Below are positions 43,901-53,966 of a DNA stretch of 64,000 bases, piece after piece. Source of the stretch: Flavobacteriales bacterium (GTDB lineage Bacteria > Bacteroidota > Bacteroidia > CAIKAF01); contig JAGYKD010000001.1 of the NCBI GenBank assembly GCA_018401695.1, positions 348,016 to 412,015 on the forward strand. Direction: 5' to 3'. Position 1 is the stretch's first letter; each line of letters starts with the position of its first letter. The position numbers and the translations under genes were made by a program. The notes under the pieces were generated by a model. The model made no database searches. It was not told where the DNA came from and was given only the letters and a program-made list of their open reading frames with translations.

Positions 43901-44421
43901 TGGTTGGCAGGATTGACACCGCCACCACCATAACCCACATTTGAGCCAGTCTCAATGCCAACATATTGGTCAGAATAGAAAGAAGGACCACTAACATAAG
44001 TGGTATAGGCACAGTTTGGCCCGGAAATCGCAAAACCAACCGTTTGCCCGGGCTGCAATAACAAACCTACCGGCAAAGGAATGGCTTGCGGCTGTGGAGT
44101 ATTAAAATTAGGACTTTGTGCTGTAATGCTCGCCGTACCTAAAGACACCCAACCGTTGGCTGAATTGATAGTTGGCGAGCCATTTATCGGAGTTAAATTG
44201 TACCACATCTCCACCGTTGAGCTTGTATAAAAAGCGCAATAAATAGTGTCCACTATAATGGGTGCAGACAAGGCAGACAAATTGAACGTAATTCCTGCGG
44301 CTCCATTTCCTCCTTGAAGAGGCGGAACATTTGTAAAATAATTGGTCTGACTGTGCAGCCATCCAACACTCGCAGCTAAGAAGCTTATTCCTGCTGCAAA
44401 CAATCGTACCCGTTTCAACAT
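37984..44421 (-). CDS. giant T9SS cargo protein (2145 aa) with three tandem beta-helix modules, a PKD domain and a T9SS CTD
   Basis: Signal peptide. A roughly 450-600 aa module recurs three times (NDAG..INPG.N.CPG...V.L.N.G...LT.V.V.W..NGA.QP.V.LSG.NL). There are PD.GA.EF caps, a final DWDGDARSSVVPDIGADEM, the PKD domain YAWDFGDGNSS...YTVTLTVTDSCG and the CTD LRLLDLTGREIL...GVYLIEIQFGEIKSQTRIVKM. Confidence 0.8.
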   Translation of the reverse strand: MLKRVRLFAAGISFLAASVGWLHSQTNYFTNVPPLQGGNGAAGITFNLSALSAPIIVDTIYCAFYTSSTVEMWYNLTPINGSPTINSANGWVSLGTASITAQSPNFNTPQPQAIPLPVGLLLQPGQTVGFAISGPNCAYTTYVSGPSFYSDQYVGIETGSNVGYGGGGVNPANHPRQFNGGVVYSLANQGFNNAAALGINPSLVCPGSNAMSLDVANFGSNQINSLTVNWSLNGTPQAPVPVNQLLDTIGGNGSNTATIPLGNVNFVAGVPTTIVAWTSAPNGGNDTINGNDTVSVTITPSLTGTYTLDGNQPTAGTNFNNWNDLATALNTFGVCGPVDINVASSAVFNEQVTFTTIPGASLVNRINIHGNNATLQFSGTTSDRQVIRFNGASYVTLEDLNIVTQSTTFGWGVHYTGGCTNDTIRNCNLDISAVSSTTSTNSAGIVVSGSNTSPTTNGANCDDCAILNNTINGRTLSGGLYYGISVIGQNGGGSGAQNILVQGNEIRDPYFYGVYFNDVDGAKIWDNEVHRPTKSATTTFYGIFITGDSYNSRIERNYIHRPQGTSTMTAVAYGLYSAADVLQGQELLMANNVVYNFGSNGTQYGIYLSSPEYNLVYHNTVSLDDNAFSGTSATYGLYGTSNMIGTEILNNLISVTRTSTGLSYGMYFSTTNAVLAAMNNNNVYVNANGTNYYGYYNTPHFTRVSFAAASNNQYENLSQDFDPVFVNPAAANFQPQSPGFNNIGANLNALVPQDITGFTRLSSPDPGAWEFDGAANDAGISQFINPGLNFCPGNDSIFVRLNNPGSNPLTSVDVAWSVNGAGQPTVSLSGINLPANNDSVLFLGLFPLTGTGPFTFQAYTTQPNNTSDAFAGNDTTTISVYGGLAGTYTLDGTLPTGGTNFATWGALDTALFLGGHCGGVDVFVNPVDTINEQITIRNYANASAQNYLYVHGQGGVLSAQPNVTNRHLLRLDGAKYVSVDSLTLIGEDLTYGYGVHFIGDNQFDTLRYLTVDLSSITSTSTINSTGLLFSGSTTSTSSTGIVASNCAVEHSSFLGGPGGGPYYGMRMNGLTFGAGNVNNRIAHNKFYDAYAHQVYFNNVDSLVFVGNEMARPTRTTLTTFYGIYSTGDMERSLIDGNIVTNPNGGSPGYTGTTYGIYLLADAQPGLENTFSNNIIYGMNSNGILYGTYASSALGNRLLHNTISLDDQSATTGSTTYGAYFTGTGTASSFVNNIVTVSREGSGTKYGLYINSTLAVDSTENNVVFVNPLAGTPYYGFYSGIQPTLFDYQTNTPGWESNGVSTDPLYFNAAGGNLRPTALGVDNIGADLLTLVPTDHFGVARTSTPDPGAIEFIVPNNDAGVFAILNPGKNYCPGSGTVEVNLRNYGLLNLTDVLVDWEINGAAQPQVALSGMNLAQGQDTNVVLGSFNFATGQTYIVEAYTSQPNNVVDEEFSNDTSVVVVNEGLSGNFTIDPNLASGGTNFVSFNEAADTLEARGICGPIVVEAVSGVYNEQVEFFEVPNSSAVNTVTYRSQSGDSTDVAISFGPTVSTLNYVVRLNGANHLNFEHLTMKSEGPSNYRVLEFIGGSEHNRIANTELIGDTSITTTSTLRTVIWSQSGSGGDNYNTFEQNRIRGGSYGIYWYGSSAAGGNEVGNSFINNKIEDSYFYGGRFENQDSLVLQGNDLMSESGYTSTSFGYYTSSTGPGLHLEANRVVGNGEWPNYGFYMTSGAGTNSGPNAFYNNVAIVGDSGVTDLTYGVLVDDMVNLRMANNTSIIRESDDLSAAMAVTSGTNIESFNNNLVARGNAIPVIFNSSLFVAAPDYNNYFTSGPFLAAVNNLGYPNLAIWQNQTGWDANAVSVDPGFLAWDDHHHCSPILDGAALPLANLTKDWDGDARSSVVPDIGADEMFEGVNFTLGPDIWKCAGDTVTLSDFAIAPGSYFWSTFENTNTIQVVQPGEYSLFLVGTCSTGTDTVEVFDYPPPTAAFTSVESFLTSAFTNGSTGTGLSYAWDFGDGNSSTDQDPIHIYGADGNYTVTLTVTDSCGNASSVTKTVVISTTGFEETVQQSLVVYPNPTVDLVQVSFLNTSGEEVKLRLLDLTGREILSRSVKGKAGVQQTSLNLTGQAKGVYLIEIQFGEIKSQTRIVKM

Positions 44422-45167
44422 AATTCTTTAAATGATTGACGATTTAAATTTAGTGAAAGAATTGGTTAATATTTGGACCAATATTAGCGGCCAATGTTAA
44501 ACAATCCTTAATCGCCTGCTTATCAGATAAATAAAATACTCTAATTTTAAACTTTAATCTTTTTTAAGGCTTGTTTCCACAATAATAAAAATGCAACACC
44601 CCCCCCACAAATACCTCAAAAACACGCATTTAAAAATAAAACCCAAGCAAATCGTTTGGAATCTGGACACAATCCCCACCTAAACACCTCTCCATACGCT
44701 GATTTCAAACCAAAAAAAAACGGCCACTAAAGCTCATATTATATACAATTGTTTACAGCCGCCCTATGCATCTGTTTTTTTTTTAAAATCTACATGCTAC
44801 TCCATAAAAATCGTCTGGTATTTAGCATATTACAAAAGAAACCTTCTGGAAATATTTGGCTAAGCACTTTTGTGTAAGGTTGGGACAAACTTTTAGTTAA
44901 TTCAAAGCTCACCTACAGTAGATTGAAAGTTTTCAATTTGACTCTTTATGTTCATTGTTCAACTTTAGCAATGGCATACGATAGGACATTCAATACTTAA
45001 GTCGCCCATGCTTCAAAAAAACTTCTTTTATTGGGGAAAAGATGAGCATTGAAACATAAAATAAAACAAGAAAGGCCAAGAAACCTTCCTCCAAACAGGA
45101 AAATCTTTCGGCCAAACTCAGCTTCTAATGCAAAGCACTAGGTGCTCTATCCTAATCTGCTCAGGAA
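44422..45167. other. 746-nt AT-rich non-coding region upstream of the giant T9SS gene
   Basis: No ORF of 60 aa or longer appears in the provided track. Contains A/T tracts and C-runs. It is a candidate long 5' leader or regulatory region. Confidence 0.5.
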
Positions 45168-46415
45168 TTAGAGATCCAAAAGCACCTCTTCGGGCTTTTT
45201 GCCTCCAAAGAGCATACGCTCAGGGTTTTCTAGCAGATCCTTAACCATCACCAAAAAACTTACCGACTCTTTACCATCAATGATTCTATGATCATAGCTT
45301 AAGGCCAAATACATCATAGGCCTCACCTCCACTTTACCATCTATGACCATAGGACGTTCCTGAATTTTGTGCATCCCCAAAATAGCTACCTGAGGAGGAT
45401 TAATAATGGGGGTTGACATTAAAGACCCGAAAACTCCTCCATTAGTTATGGTAAAGGTACCACCGGTCATTTCATCTATAGAAATTTTCCCATCTCTAGC
45501 CTTAATGGCCAAATCTTTAATGCTCTTTTCGATATCGGCTAGACCCAAGGCTTCTGCATTTCGAATTACAGGCACCATCAAACCCTTCGGTGTACTCACA
45601 GCAATCCCTATATCCGCATAGTTATGATATATAACTTCTTCACCGTCAATTTGAGCATTTACTGCAGGGTAAGCTTCTAAGGCTTGGGTTACGGCTTTGG
45701 TGAAGAAGGACATAAAGCCCAAACCTATGTCGTGCTTCTTGCCAAAAGCCTCTTTATATGCCTTCCGCAAATCCATAATTGCGGTCATGTCCACTTCGTT
45801 GAAAGTGGTGAGCATGGCGGTCTCGTTCTTGACAGACACCAAACGCTCCGCCACTTTGCGACGCAGCATGCTCATTTTCTTCCGTTCCGTACCGCGGCTC
45901 AAGCTGTCTTTTTGCGGACTAAACCCTTTGGCCAAGGCTGCTAAAACATCTTGCTTGGTAATGCGTCCACCTGGGCCACTCCCCTCAAGGTCTTTTGCCT
46001 GCAAACCTTTTTCTGCCATCATCTTGGAAGCGGCCGGCGAAGGGTGCCCACTGGCATGGCTTTGGGCCTGGGGTGCAGATTTCTCTGCTTCTTTGGCTGT
46101 AGATTTTTCGGTATTTTCTGGCTTCACTGCCGGAGTTTCTTCCTTAGTGGCTGCCTTGGGTGCTTCTGCTGGCGCTTCCGCGGAGGTATCGATTTTGCAA
46201 ATCTCTTCGCCTACTTGCACGGTTTCACCCTCAGGAACTGTAATAATAAGCCTCCCGGAGGCCTCCGCTGGAATTCCTAAGGTGGCTTTATCGGAGTCTA
46301 CCTCAACAATATCTTCGTCTTGGTATACATAGTCGCCATCGGCCTTTAGCCAGGCCGCAATCTCAACTTCAGAAATGGATTCGCCCGGACTGGGCACTTT
46401 CATGGAAATTTCCAT
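45168..46415 (-). CDS. sucB: dihydrolipoyllysine-residue succinyltransferase (2-oxoglutarate dehydrogenase E2)
   Basis: Lipoyl domain ([12 protein letters not shown]...DKAT), an Ala/Pro-rich linker, E3-binding region, and the catalytic domain with DHRIIDG. Confidence 0.85.
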   Translation of the reverse strand: MEISMKVPSPGESISEVEIAAWLKADGDYVYQDEDIVEVDSDKATLGIPAEASGRLIITVPEGETVQVGEEICKIDTSAEAPAEAPKAATKEETPAVKPENTEKSTAKEAEKSAPQAQSHASGHPSPAASKMMAEKGLQAKDLEGSGPGGRITKQDVLAALAKGFSPQKDSLSRGTERKKMSMLRRKVAERLVSVKNETAMLTTFNEVDMTAIMDLRKAYKEAFGKKHDIGLGFMSFFTKAVTQALEAYPAVNAQIDGEEVIYHNYADIGIAVSTPKGLMVPVIRNAEALGLADIEKSIKDLAIKARDGKISIDEMTGGTFTITNGGVFGSLMSTPIINPPQVAILGMHKIQERPMVIDGKVEVRPMMYLALSYDHRIIDGKESVSFLVMVKDLLENPERMLFGGKKPEEVLLDL

Positions 46416-46433
46416 AGGTCTTGTTTATTCGGA

Positions 46434-49181
46434 TCAGGATACCTTTTCGGTTTCAAATACTCGGTCCAATATGTCTTGCTGTCTTTCCGCAGCAACTTTG
46501 GGTGAACCTGTTGCCGGACTGGCCGATGCTCTTTGGCTTATCACCTCCAGCGGCAAAACACGTTCACGGCTCTTTTGGTTTACCCTCAAAATATAACTCC
46601 ATGCCCCCATATTTTCCGGCTCTTCTTGGGCCCAAATAAATTTTGAGGCATGGGGGTAACTGTCAATAATGGCATTTACTTGCTCTACTGGAAAAGGAAA
46701 CAGTTGCTCCAAGCGAACTAGCGCCACATGTTTACTCTCCGATTCCACCTTTCGCTTCTCAAGCTCGAAATAAATCTTACCACTACAAAAAACCAAGGTG
46801 TTTACCTCGCCACGGTTTGCTTTGCCCACATGAGGATCGTCTAGCACTTCCTGGAACTTGGTGCCGGGCCCAAAATCTTCCAAACTACTAACGCAAGATG
46901 GGTGACGAAGCAAGCTCTTGGGACTCATTACCACCAAAGGCTTTAAGAAAGGTCGGTTCAACTGGCGTCTGAGCGCATGAAAGAAATTAGCAGGCGAGGT
47001 ACAGTTAACCACCTGCATATTCATTTCTGCACACAGATTTAAAAAACGCTCCAAACGTGCCGAGGAATGTTCTGCCCCTTGGCCTTCGTAGCCATGAGGC
47101 AACAGCAAAACCAAACCGTTTTGAGAATGCCACTTATCCTCTCCGCTCGAAACATACTGGTCAATAATTATCTGAGCTCCATTATTAAAGTCACCAAACT
47201 GAGCCTCCCACAAGGTTAATCCCTTGGGGCAGCCTAATGCATAGCCATACTCAAAACCCATTACGGCATACTCCGACAGCAAACTATTGTAAACCGTAAA
47301 CTCCGCTTGCCCTTCTTTAAGGTTATTCAAAGGCGTATACTCTTCTTCGGAATCCTCCACACGCAAAATGGCGTGCCTATGAGAAAAGGTGCCCCGCACC
47401 GAATCCTGACCCGATAAACGAACGGGGTGCCCCTCGGCCAACAAACTGGCATAGGCCAACGTCTCGCCCAAAGCCCAATCCAATCGATTCTCGGAAACCA
47501 TGCCCGCACGATCTTTAAAAATCTTGGTAATCTTTCGCAAAAACTTTTTGTCCGTTGGCAAACCATTTAAGCGCCCCAACAGCTCCTTTAAGCTTTCTAT
47601 CGGAACCCCGGTTTCAGGACTACTTACAAAGTCCTCCAGTTCCGAACGCCTAAAGTCCACGTATAAATCCCCCAAAAATGCCCGAACCACATTTCTTTCT
47701 TGCTGTTTGGCCTTTTCCAATTCCTCATCCAAGCGCTCCCGAAATGCTTGCTCCTTTAACGAGGCCTGCGCTTCGTCCAAAACCCCTTCCTCCAACAAAT
47801 GCTGCTTATACAACAAATAGGTGTCCGGATGCTTGTCTATGTTTTTATACAACATGGGCTGGGTAAATCTTGGCTCATCGCCTTCGTTATGCCCATGCTT
47901 CCTATAGCCCAACAAATCTATAAACACATCCTCATGGTAGCGCTGCCTATACTCCATGGCCAAACGCATGGCCCGAACCACCGCTTCGGGATTATCAGCA
48001 TTCACATGAAAAACAGGGGCTTGAACAACCTTCGCCACATCTGTACAATAGGTCGATGTTCTGCCCTCCAAATAGTTGGTGGTAAACCCAACCTGATTAT
48101 TGATGACCAAATGAAGGGTTCCTCCGGTTTTATACCCCTCCAAACCACTCATTTGCACCACTTCGTACACTACCCCTTGCCCCGCTACGGCCGCATCTCC
48201 ATGAATCAACACCGGAACGGTTTCCTTCCATTCTTTTTTATGCCTATGCTCCGCAAATGCACGGGCCAAGCCCTGAGCCACAGGGCCAACAGCCTCTAAA
48301 TGCGAGGGATTAGGCAACAAATTCAGATTGACTTCCTTTCCATTGAATTCAATCTTGGCATCGTAGCCCAAATGGTATTTTACGTCTCCATCAAAATTGG
48401 CCTCATCGTAAGCCAAGCCCTCAAACTCCGAAAAAATCTGAGCCGCCGGCTTTCGAAAAATATTAAACAACACATTTAATCGTCCCCGATGGGCCATTCC
48501 CATAACAAAAGTAGATGCCCCTAAAGAAGCGCCTCGCGTAATAGCAGCGGTTAAGGCTGGAATCAGACTCTCTCCGCCCTCCAATGAAAACCGCTTCTGC
48601 CCCACAAATTTCCGGTGCAAATACTTCTCAAAGCCCACAGAACGATTCAGATTTTCCAATATGTCCAACCGCTCTTCTTTGTCTAAAGGATACCGGTCAG
48701 TGAGGCTGTCAAATTGACCCTTAAGCCAGTTTACCTTCTCAGGATCGCGCAAATAGGTAAATTCTATACCAATATGATGGCAATATACCTGCTCCAAATA
48801 CGCAATAATGTCCTTTAACTTCGCTGGCCCAATACCTAACTCATTGCCCGCCTCAAATACCGTGTTTAAGTCCTTGTCCTCTAGCCCAAAATTCTTATAA
48901 TCTAAGGTGGGACTGTATTTTCTTCGGTCACGTACCGGATTGGTTTGAGTAAACAAATGTCCGCGATCTCGGTAACCCTCAATCAATGCCATTACCTTAA
49001 ACTCCGCAGAAGAAAATTGATCCTTTCCGGGCATTTGCGGGTAAGATTTCCGGGCAAAATCAAACCCTTCAAAAAATGTGCGCCATCCTTGGTCTACGGT
49101 GTCCGGGTCTTTTTGGTAAGCTTCATAGAGCGATTCCACCGACTCCGGGGTCATATTGCTCAGATACGAAAAGTCATCCAT
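46434..49181 (-). CDS. sucA: 2-oxoglutarate dehydrogenase E1 component
   Basis: 915 aa with a ThDP-binding E1o domain (GMAHRGRLNVL, GDAAVAGQGVVYE), immediately upstream of sucB. Confidence 0.92.
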   Translation of the reverse strand: MDDFSYLSNMTPESVESLYEAYQKDPDTVDQGWRTFFEGFDFARKSYPQMPGKDQFSSAEFKVMALIEGYRDRGHLFTQTNPVRDRRKYSPTLDYKNFGLEDKDLNTVFEAGNELGIGPAKLKDIIAYLEQVYCHHIGIEFTYLRDPEKVNWLKGQFDSLTDRYPLDKEERLDILENLNRSVGFEKYLHRKFVGQKRFSLEGGESLIPALTAAITRGASLGASTFVMGMAHRGRLNVLFNIFRKPAAQIFSEFEGLAYDEANFDGDVKYHLGYDAKIEFNGKEVNLNLLPNPSHLEAVGPVAQGLARAFAEHRHKKEWKETVPVLIHGDAAVAGQGVVYEVVQMSGLEGYKTGGTLHLVINNQVGFTTNYLEGRTSTYCTDVAKVVQAPVFHVNADNPEAVVRAMRLAMEYRQRYHEDVFIDLLGYRKHGHNEGDEPRFTQPMLYKNIDKHPDTYLLYKQHLLEEGVLDEAQASLKEQAFRERLDEELEKAKQQERNVVRAFLGDLYVDFRRSELEDFVSSPETGVPIESLKELLGRLNGLPTDKKFLRKITKIFKDRAGMVSENRLDWALGETLAYASLLAEGHPVRLSGQDSVRGTFSHRHAILRVEDSEEEYTPLNNLKEGQAEFTVYNSLLSEYAVMGFEYGYALGCPKGLTLWEAQFGDFNNGAQIIIDQYVSSGEDKWHSQNGLVLLLPHGYEGQGAEHSSARLERFLNLCAEMNMQVVNCTSPANFFHALRRQLNRPFLKPLVVMSPKSLLRHPSCVSSLEDFGPGTKFQEVLDDPHVGKANRGEVNTLVFCSGKIYFELEKRKVESESKHVALVRLEQLFPFPVEQVNAIIDSYPHASKFIWAQEEPENMGAWSYILRVNQKSRERVLPLEVISQRASASPATGSPKVAAERQQDILDRVFETEKVS

Positions 49182-49315
49182 GCTGCTGGGGCGATCGTGA
49201 TGATAAATACTCCCACAAAGGTAAGATTTTTTCTACGCGACAGGTCCTTTACTCTACACCCTAATTCCTTTTAAATACAAGGGTTTTCACTTAAACTGAA
49301 TACCTGTAGAATTAA

Positions 49316-49482
49316 GTGGGCTTTGGGCGCCTTATCCCGCCCTCTCCTTTAGTGTTGTTGCCCAAGCCGGGCAGCCCTAAAGCCTACGGGGTCCCCTCCC
49401 GAAACTTCGGGAGGGGCCTCCGTGGCTCAAGGCCTGCCTGGCTCGGGCTTCCAACAGCTATCGGTTCGGTCGGGGGCGCATG
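49316..49482 (+). repeat. GC-rich intergenic repeat, copy R7 (subfamily 2)
   Basis: About 90% identical to the reverse complement of R8. Contains the perfect hairpin CCCTCCCGAA-AC-TTCGGGAGGG. Confidence 0.85.
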
Positions 49483-49779
49483 GTCTTCCAATGATTTATT
49501 GCAAAAGCTGTTGTGCAGCCCCCCTCAGCACAGAGCCTTTGCTCAAAAACACCTAACCTCTTTGCCTAATCTCCTTTATTTTTCTCCTCCCCAACCTCGC
49601 CATGCCAGGCACAAAAAAGGGAGCCCTAAGACTCCCTTTAGCTTGCCCGCTCCCACTGAAGCATATACTGTTCAAACCACGAATCCTATCTATAGCTTCC
49701 GGACAAACGTTTTACCCAAACGTTGGATTGCACCAAAAATTTTTCAGAACTTACCCCTTTCACCTTTTTTAACTCTGGA

Positions 49780-51912
49780 TTAGGAAGCACTTGGGGAATC
49801 AGGCATCAATAAATCCAGCACTTGAGCTGCGGCTTCAGGAATTTTGGTACCCGGACCAAACACCGCCGCTGCCCCCGCATCAAACAAAAAGCCATAATCC
49901 GCCGAAGGAATTACTCCGCCAACAATCACCAAAACATCTTGGCGCCCATAAGACTTTAAGGCCTCAATCACTTCCGGAACCAAGGTTTTGTGCCCGGCAG
50001 CCAAAGAGCTTACCCCCAAAATATGCACGTCGTTTTCTACTGCCATCCGAGCTACTTCAGCCGGAGTTTGAAATAATGGGCCTACATCCACATCAAACCC
50101 TAAATCGGCAAAAGAAGTCGCAATTACTTTAGCCCCACGGTCATGACCGTCTTGACCCATTTTGGCCACCAAAATCCGAGGCCTGCGACCTGTTTGTTCT
50201 AAAAACTGATCTACTTTAACTCTCGTGGCCTCAAAACCTGCATCTGATTTCATACCCTGGGCATATACTCCTGAAATGGTTTGAATGTGTGCTTGATACC
50301 TACCAAAAACATCTTCCAAAGCTTGAGAAATTTCACCTAAAGTAGCTCTGACCCGAGCCGCCTCCACTGCAAGTGCGAGAAGATTCTCCTTTGCTTTTGC
50401 TCCTCTACGCAAAGCATCAAGAGCTTGTTCCACTTTTTCGGAATCGCGTGCTGCCCTAAGTTGCTCAAGACGCTCTACTTGCTGATGCCGCACTTTCTGG
50501 TTGTCTACTTCAAGCAATTCCAAATCGGTCGCATCTTCTACCCGGTAGGTATTTACCCCAATCAATACTTCTTCACCACTGTCTAGTCTTGCCTGTTTGC
50601 GGGCGGCGGCCTCTTCAATTTTTAACTTGGGCAGGCCGTTCTCTATGGCTTTGGTCATTCCACCCAAGGTTTCAATCTCTTCCAAATGTACCCGGGCTCT
50701 TTCGACCAATTTTCCCGTTAAATACTCCACATGCGCCGACCCAGCCCATGGATCAATATGTTTGGTTACCCCCGACTCTTCAGAGATAATCAACTGAGTA
50801 TTTCTGGCAATGCGGGCAGAAAAATCGGTAGGCAAAGCAATGGCTTCGTCTAAACTATTGGTATGCAAAGACTGTGTCCCACCCAGCACTGCGGCCATAG
50901 CTTCCACAGCAGTTCGGGTAACGTTATTGTAGGGATCCTGTTCGGTTAAGCTGTAGCCGGAGGTCTGACAATGGGTGCGCAACATCAAAGATTTAGCACT
51001 TTTAGGACCAAAGGACTTTACCAAAGAGGCCCACAACAAGCGGGCAGCCCGTAACTTGGCAATTTCCATGTGGTGATGCATACCTATAGCAAAGAAAAAA
51101 CTTAACCTGGGGGCAAAGGCGTCTACATCTAAACCACTGGCAAGTCCGGTGCGAATATATTCCAATCCATCCGCTAAGGTGTAGGCCAATTCAATATCTG
51201 CCGGTGCTCCTGCCTCATGCATGTGGTAACCCGAAATGGAAATGGAATTAAACCGAGGCATATGCGCAGCCGTATACCCAAAAATATCCGCAATCAACCG
51301 CATGGATTCCCGGGGTGGATATATATAGGTGTTCCGAACCATAAACTCCTTCAAAATGTCGTTTTGAATGGTCCCACTTAACTGCTCCGGCTTCACTCCT
51401 TGCTCCTCTGCCGCTACAATATAAAAGGCCAGAATAGGTATAACCGCTCCATTCATGGTCATAGAAACCGACATTTTTTCCAATGGAATCTGGTCAAAAA
51501 GCAACTTCATGTCCTCAACCGAATCTATGGCTACACCGGCCTTTCCAACATCACCCACCACTCTTGGGTGATCGGAATCGTAGCCACGGTGAGTAGCCAA
51601 ATCAAAGGCGACCGAAAGCCCCTTTTGCCCCGCAGCTAAATTTCTTCTGTAAAAGGCATTGGACTCCTCTGCAGTTGAAAAACCGGCATACTGACGAATG
51701 GTCCAAGGCCGCAACACATACATTCCCGGATAAGGCCCCCGCAAAAAGGGAGCAATTCCGGGTACATAATCCAAATGGGGCATACTTTGCCAATCCTCAG
51801 CCTTAAGACCGGAAGGTATGTCTATTCCCTCCGGACTCGAAAAGCTGCGGTTGCCTCTCTTCATTTCTGAAGTTCCCGGCCCGGTAGCAAGTTTTTTATA
51901 CCTTGGTCTCAT
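49780..51912 (-). CDS. scpA: methylmalonyl-CoA mutase large (alpha) subunit with C-terminal B12-binding domain
   Basis: TIM-barrel mutase domain followed by the cobalamin-binding domain ([21 protein letters not shown]...). The start overlaps the mutA stop (ATGA). Confidence 0.9.
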   Translation of the reverse strand: MRPRYKKLATGPGTSEMKRGNRSFSSPEGIDIPSGLKAEDWQSMPHLDYVPGIAPFLRGPYPGMYVLRPWTIRQYAGFSTAEESNAFYRRNLAAGQKGLSVAFDLATHRGYDSDHPRVVGDVGKAGVAIDSVEDMKLLFDQIPLEKMSVSMTMNGAVIPILAFYIVAAEEQGVKPEQLSGTIQNDILKEFMVRNTYIYPPRESMRLIADIFGYTAAHMPRFNSISISGYHMHEAGAPADIELAYTLADGLEYIRTGLASGLDVDAFAPRLSFFFAIGMHHHMEIAKLRAARLLWASLVKSFGPKSAKSLMLRTHCQTSGYSLTEQDPYNNVTRTAVEAMAAVLGGTQSLHTNSLDEAIALPTDFSARIARNTQLIISEESGVTKHIDPWAGSAHVEYLTGKLVERARVHLEEIETLGGMTKAIENGLPKLKIEEAAARKQARLDSGEEVLIGVNTYRVEDATDLELLEVDNQKVRHQQVERLEQLRAARDSEKVEQALDALRRGAKAKENLLALAVEAARVRATLGEISQALEDVFGRYQAHIQTISGVYAQGMKSDAGFEATRVKVDQFLEQTGRRPRILVAKMGQDGHDRGAKVIATSFADLGFDVDVGPLFQTPAEVARMAVENDVHILGVSSLAAGHKTLVPEVIEALKSYGRQDVLVIVGGVIPSADYGFLFDAGAAAVFGPGTKIPEAAAQVLDLLMPDSPSAS

Positions 51913-53357
51913 TCCTGTTCTCTGCTTTGGGCGGTTTCCTTCTTAAGCCGCTCTATTTCTAAACCTTCACTAAGCCTACTAGGCCTAATTTTCAAAAACT
52001 GCAATGGCTCTTCGGGCTCAGAAGCCAAAATTCGACTAAAATCACCACTCCGCTTCTCTTCCTTGGCAATATATGCATTGCTTCCGACCAATACTATGTC
52101 CCCTTTCAAAAAGGCTTGTTGTTCTTGCGCCGCATTAAAGGATATCATTTGCTGAATGTGGTTTGATTTTAGCGCCTCAATCATGCCCCCTTTTTCCTCA
52201 ATTTCCAAAAACAAGGTCCAAGCTTTTTCCGCTATTTTTTGACTAAGGTTTTCTAGCATATAGGCTCCTGCCCCGGGATCCTGCAAGCCTCCCATCCGGG
52301 CCTCGTCCCGCACCATTAGTGGCACATTTCGTGCCCAGCGGTAAGAAGCTTTATCCGGTGTTCTAAAAAAATGATCGTAAGGCTGCATGGAAACTCGGTC
52401 GGCACCACCGGTAAACGCCGTCATGCATTCCAAAGCAGCTCTAACCAAATTGTTGGGTGAATCAAATAGGGTCTTATTTCGCAATCCGGGCTGTACATGC
52501 ACTTGAGGAGCTTTATACGCCTGGCCTCTTTGTTCCAGCAAATTGGCCCACAATACCCGAAAGGCGCGCAGCTTGGCCATCTCTGAGAAATAGTCGGCAC
52601 TCAACATTTGATGAAACCTGAACTCCATGGTCTCAATCAATCGGGCCTCGTCTAAACCGGCATCCCCTAAATAATGCAAATAGTCCGATGCCAGTGCCAA
52701 AGCAAAAGCCAATTCCTGAACCGGCCCTGCCCCCGCCTCGCGATAAAAGCCCGCTTGAATGTTGAGCCAGCGAAATTTTGGCAATTGCTCCATGCCATGA
52801 AGCAAGGTTTGATGCAACACCTGCATGCTTTGCCGCGCCGAACTTTCAAACTTTCCGGTCCGTGCAGCACGTGTGATGGGGTCCAATACAAAACCTCCTT
52901 CCAACTGCTGTACATCGTACCCTTTGGATGCTAAATAATCGGGAATCAAAAACACCGCAGCCGTGGTAGATTCCCCAAAATCCATATATATGGGCACGCC
53001 CCAATCCAGTCGGATATTTTCAAACAAACGATCTAACTCTGTATCGGAAGGTTGATGGACATGCTCTAACCAAAGCCAGGTGGCTCCACCATTCAACGCT
53101 TCCAAAGCCCTGGCATTTGCCTCGCTGATTTTCTCCAGGGCTATCCATTGGCCAACCGCATTTTGGGAGGGCATATCTACTGCCCTATCCGGCACTCCTG
53201 GCAAGTCTTCGGCCCGATACAAGGCTTTTACCTTCAAGCCGTCTACGGTTTCGTGCACAAACTTTGAGGCCTCCTCAGCGTTCTTTAAGCTGGCCCTAAG
53301 GGCTTCTGCCCAGGCCGCAGTTTCGGGTCTCGGAAAAGAATCGAACTGGTTTTCCAT
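51909..53357 (-). CDS. mutA: methylmalonyl-CoA mutase small (beta) subunit
   Basis: Mutase-fold homolog with no B12-binding domain, translationally coupled to the alpha subunit. Confidence 0.8.
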   Translation of the reverse strand: MENQFDSFPRPETAAWAEALRASLKNAEEASKFVHETVDGLKVKALYRAEDLPGVPDRAVDMPSQNAVGQWIALEKISEANARALEALNGGATWLWLEHVHQPSDTELDRLFENIRLDWGVPIYMDFGESTTAAVFLIPDYLASKGYDVQQLEGGFVLDPITRAARTGKFESSARQSMQVLHQTLLHGMEQLPKFRWLNIQAGFYREAGAGPVQELAFALALASDYLHYLGDAGLDEARLIETMEFRFHQMLSADYFSEMAKLRAFRVLWANLLEQRGQAYKAPQVHVQPGLRNKTLFDSPNNLVRAALECMTAFTGGADRVSMQPYDHFFRTPDKASYRWARNVPLMVRDEARMGGLQDPGAGAYMLENLSQKIAEKAWTLFLEIEEKGGMIEALKSNHIQQMISFNAAQEQQAFLKGDIVLVGSNAYIAKEEKRSGDFSRILASEPEEPLQFLKIRPSRLSEGLEIERLKKETAQSREQE

Positions 53358-53540
53358 AGGCTAAAGATACAAGACGTCGAGGAATGACTTTCGGTATCCG
53401 AAGCGAACCAATACTAAATGAGACCGTTTCTTATGGTACCTTTATATGGTAAATCACTCCTTTATAGAACAATAGTTATGAAAAACATGACTCATGAGAT
53501 GCGTTGGGCTATTATTTTTTCCGCAGCACTGTTGCTGTGA

Positions 53541-53966
53541 ATGGCTTTGGAACGGCTGGCCGGCCTCCACGATACACGCATTCATCTTCACATGTATCTA
53601 ACGCTTCTTTGGGCTTTTCCGGCCATTGCCATTTACGTGCTTGCCATGCGTAAACGGCGCAAAAACCATTTTCCCTTTTCCTGGAAAGACGGTTTCAAAT
53701 CGGGGCTTTTACTCACTGGTTTTGTTACGCTGTTAAGCCCCTTATGCCAATGGATCACCTCGAGCCTTATAAGCCCCGACTATTTCCAAAACGTTACAGC
53801 ATATGTGGTAAACCACGGAATGATGTCCCCGGAAGAGGCCCAAGCTCAATTCAATTTAAGCGCTTACATGCTGCAATCGGCTTTTGGTGCTTTGGTCATG
53901 GGCATCCTTACTTCTGCCTTGGTGGCTTTATTCCTTAAAAGAAAACCAAAAGTCGAGAAGGTTTAG
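53541..53966 (+). CDS. small membrane protein (DUF4199-like), possibly interrupted at its N-terminus
   Basis: Three TM segments. An in-frame 20-codon ORF (MKNMTHEMRWAIIFSAALLL, 53478-53540) is separated from it only by a TGA at 53538-53540. Confidence 0.4.
   Translation: MALERLAGLHDTRIHLHMYLTLLWAFPAIAIYVLAMRKRRKNHFPFSWKDGFKSGLLLTGFVTLLSPLCQWITSSLISPDYFQNVTAYVVNHGMMSPEEAQAQFNLSAYMLQSAFGALVMGILTSALVALFLKRKPKVEKV

Noticed and set aside
37984-44421. Dozens of 60-190 aa ORFs antisense or out of frame inside the three giant T9SS genes and other long CDSs (for example 42667..43233, 45697..46332, 47799..48299, 7397..8146)
   Set aside because: They are embedded in much longer, clearly homologous reading frames on the opposite strand or in another frame. 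Long open antisense frames are typical of repetitive Gly/Asn/Thr-rich coding sequence.
53538-53540. TGA recoding (genetic code 4 or 25) as an explanation for the in-frame stop
   Set aside because: Several well-conserved genes in the window (miaB, the sigma-54 regulator, pheT) end precisely at TGA where homologs end, so TGA is a genuine stop in this genome.
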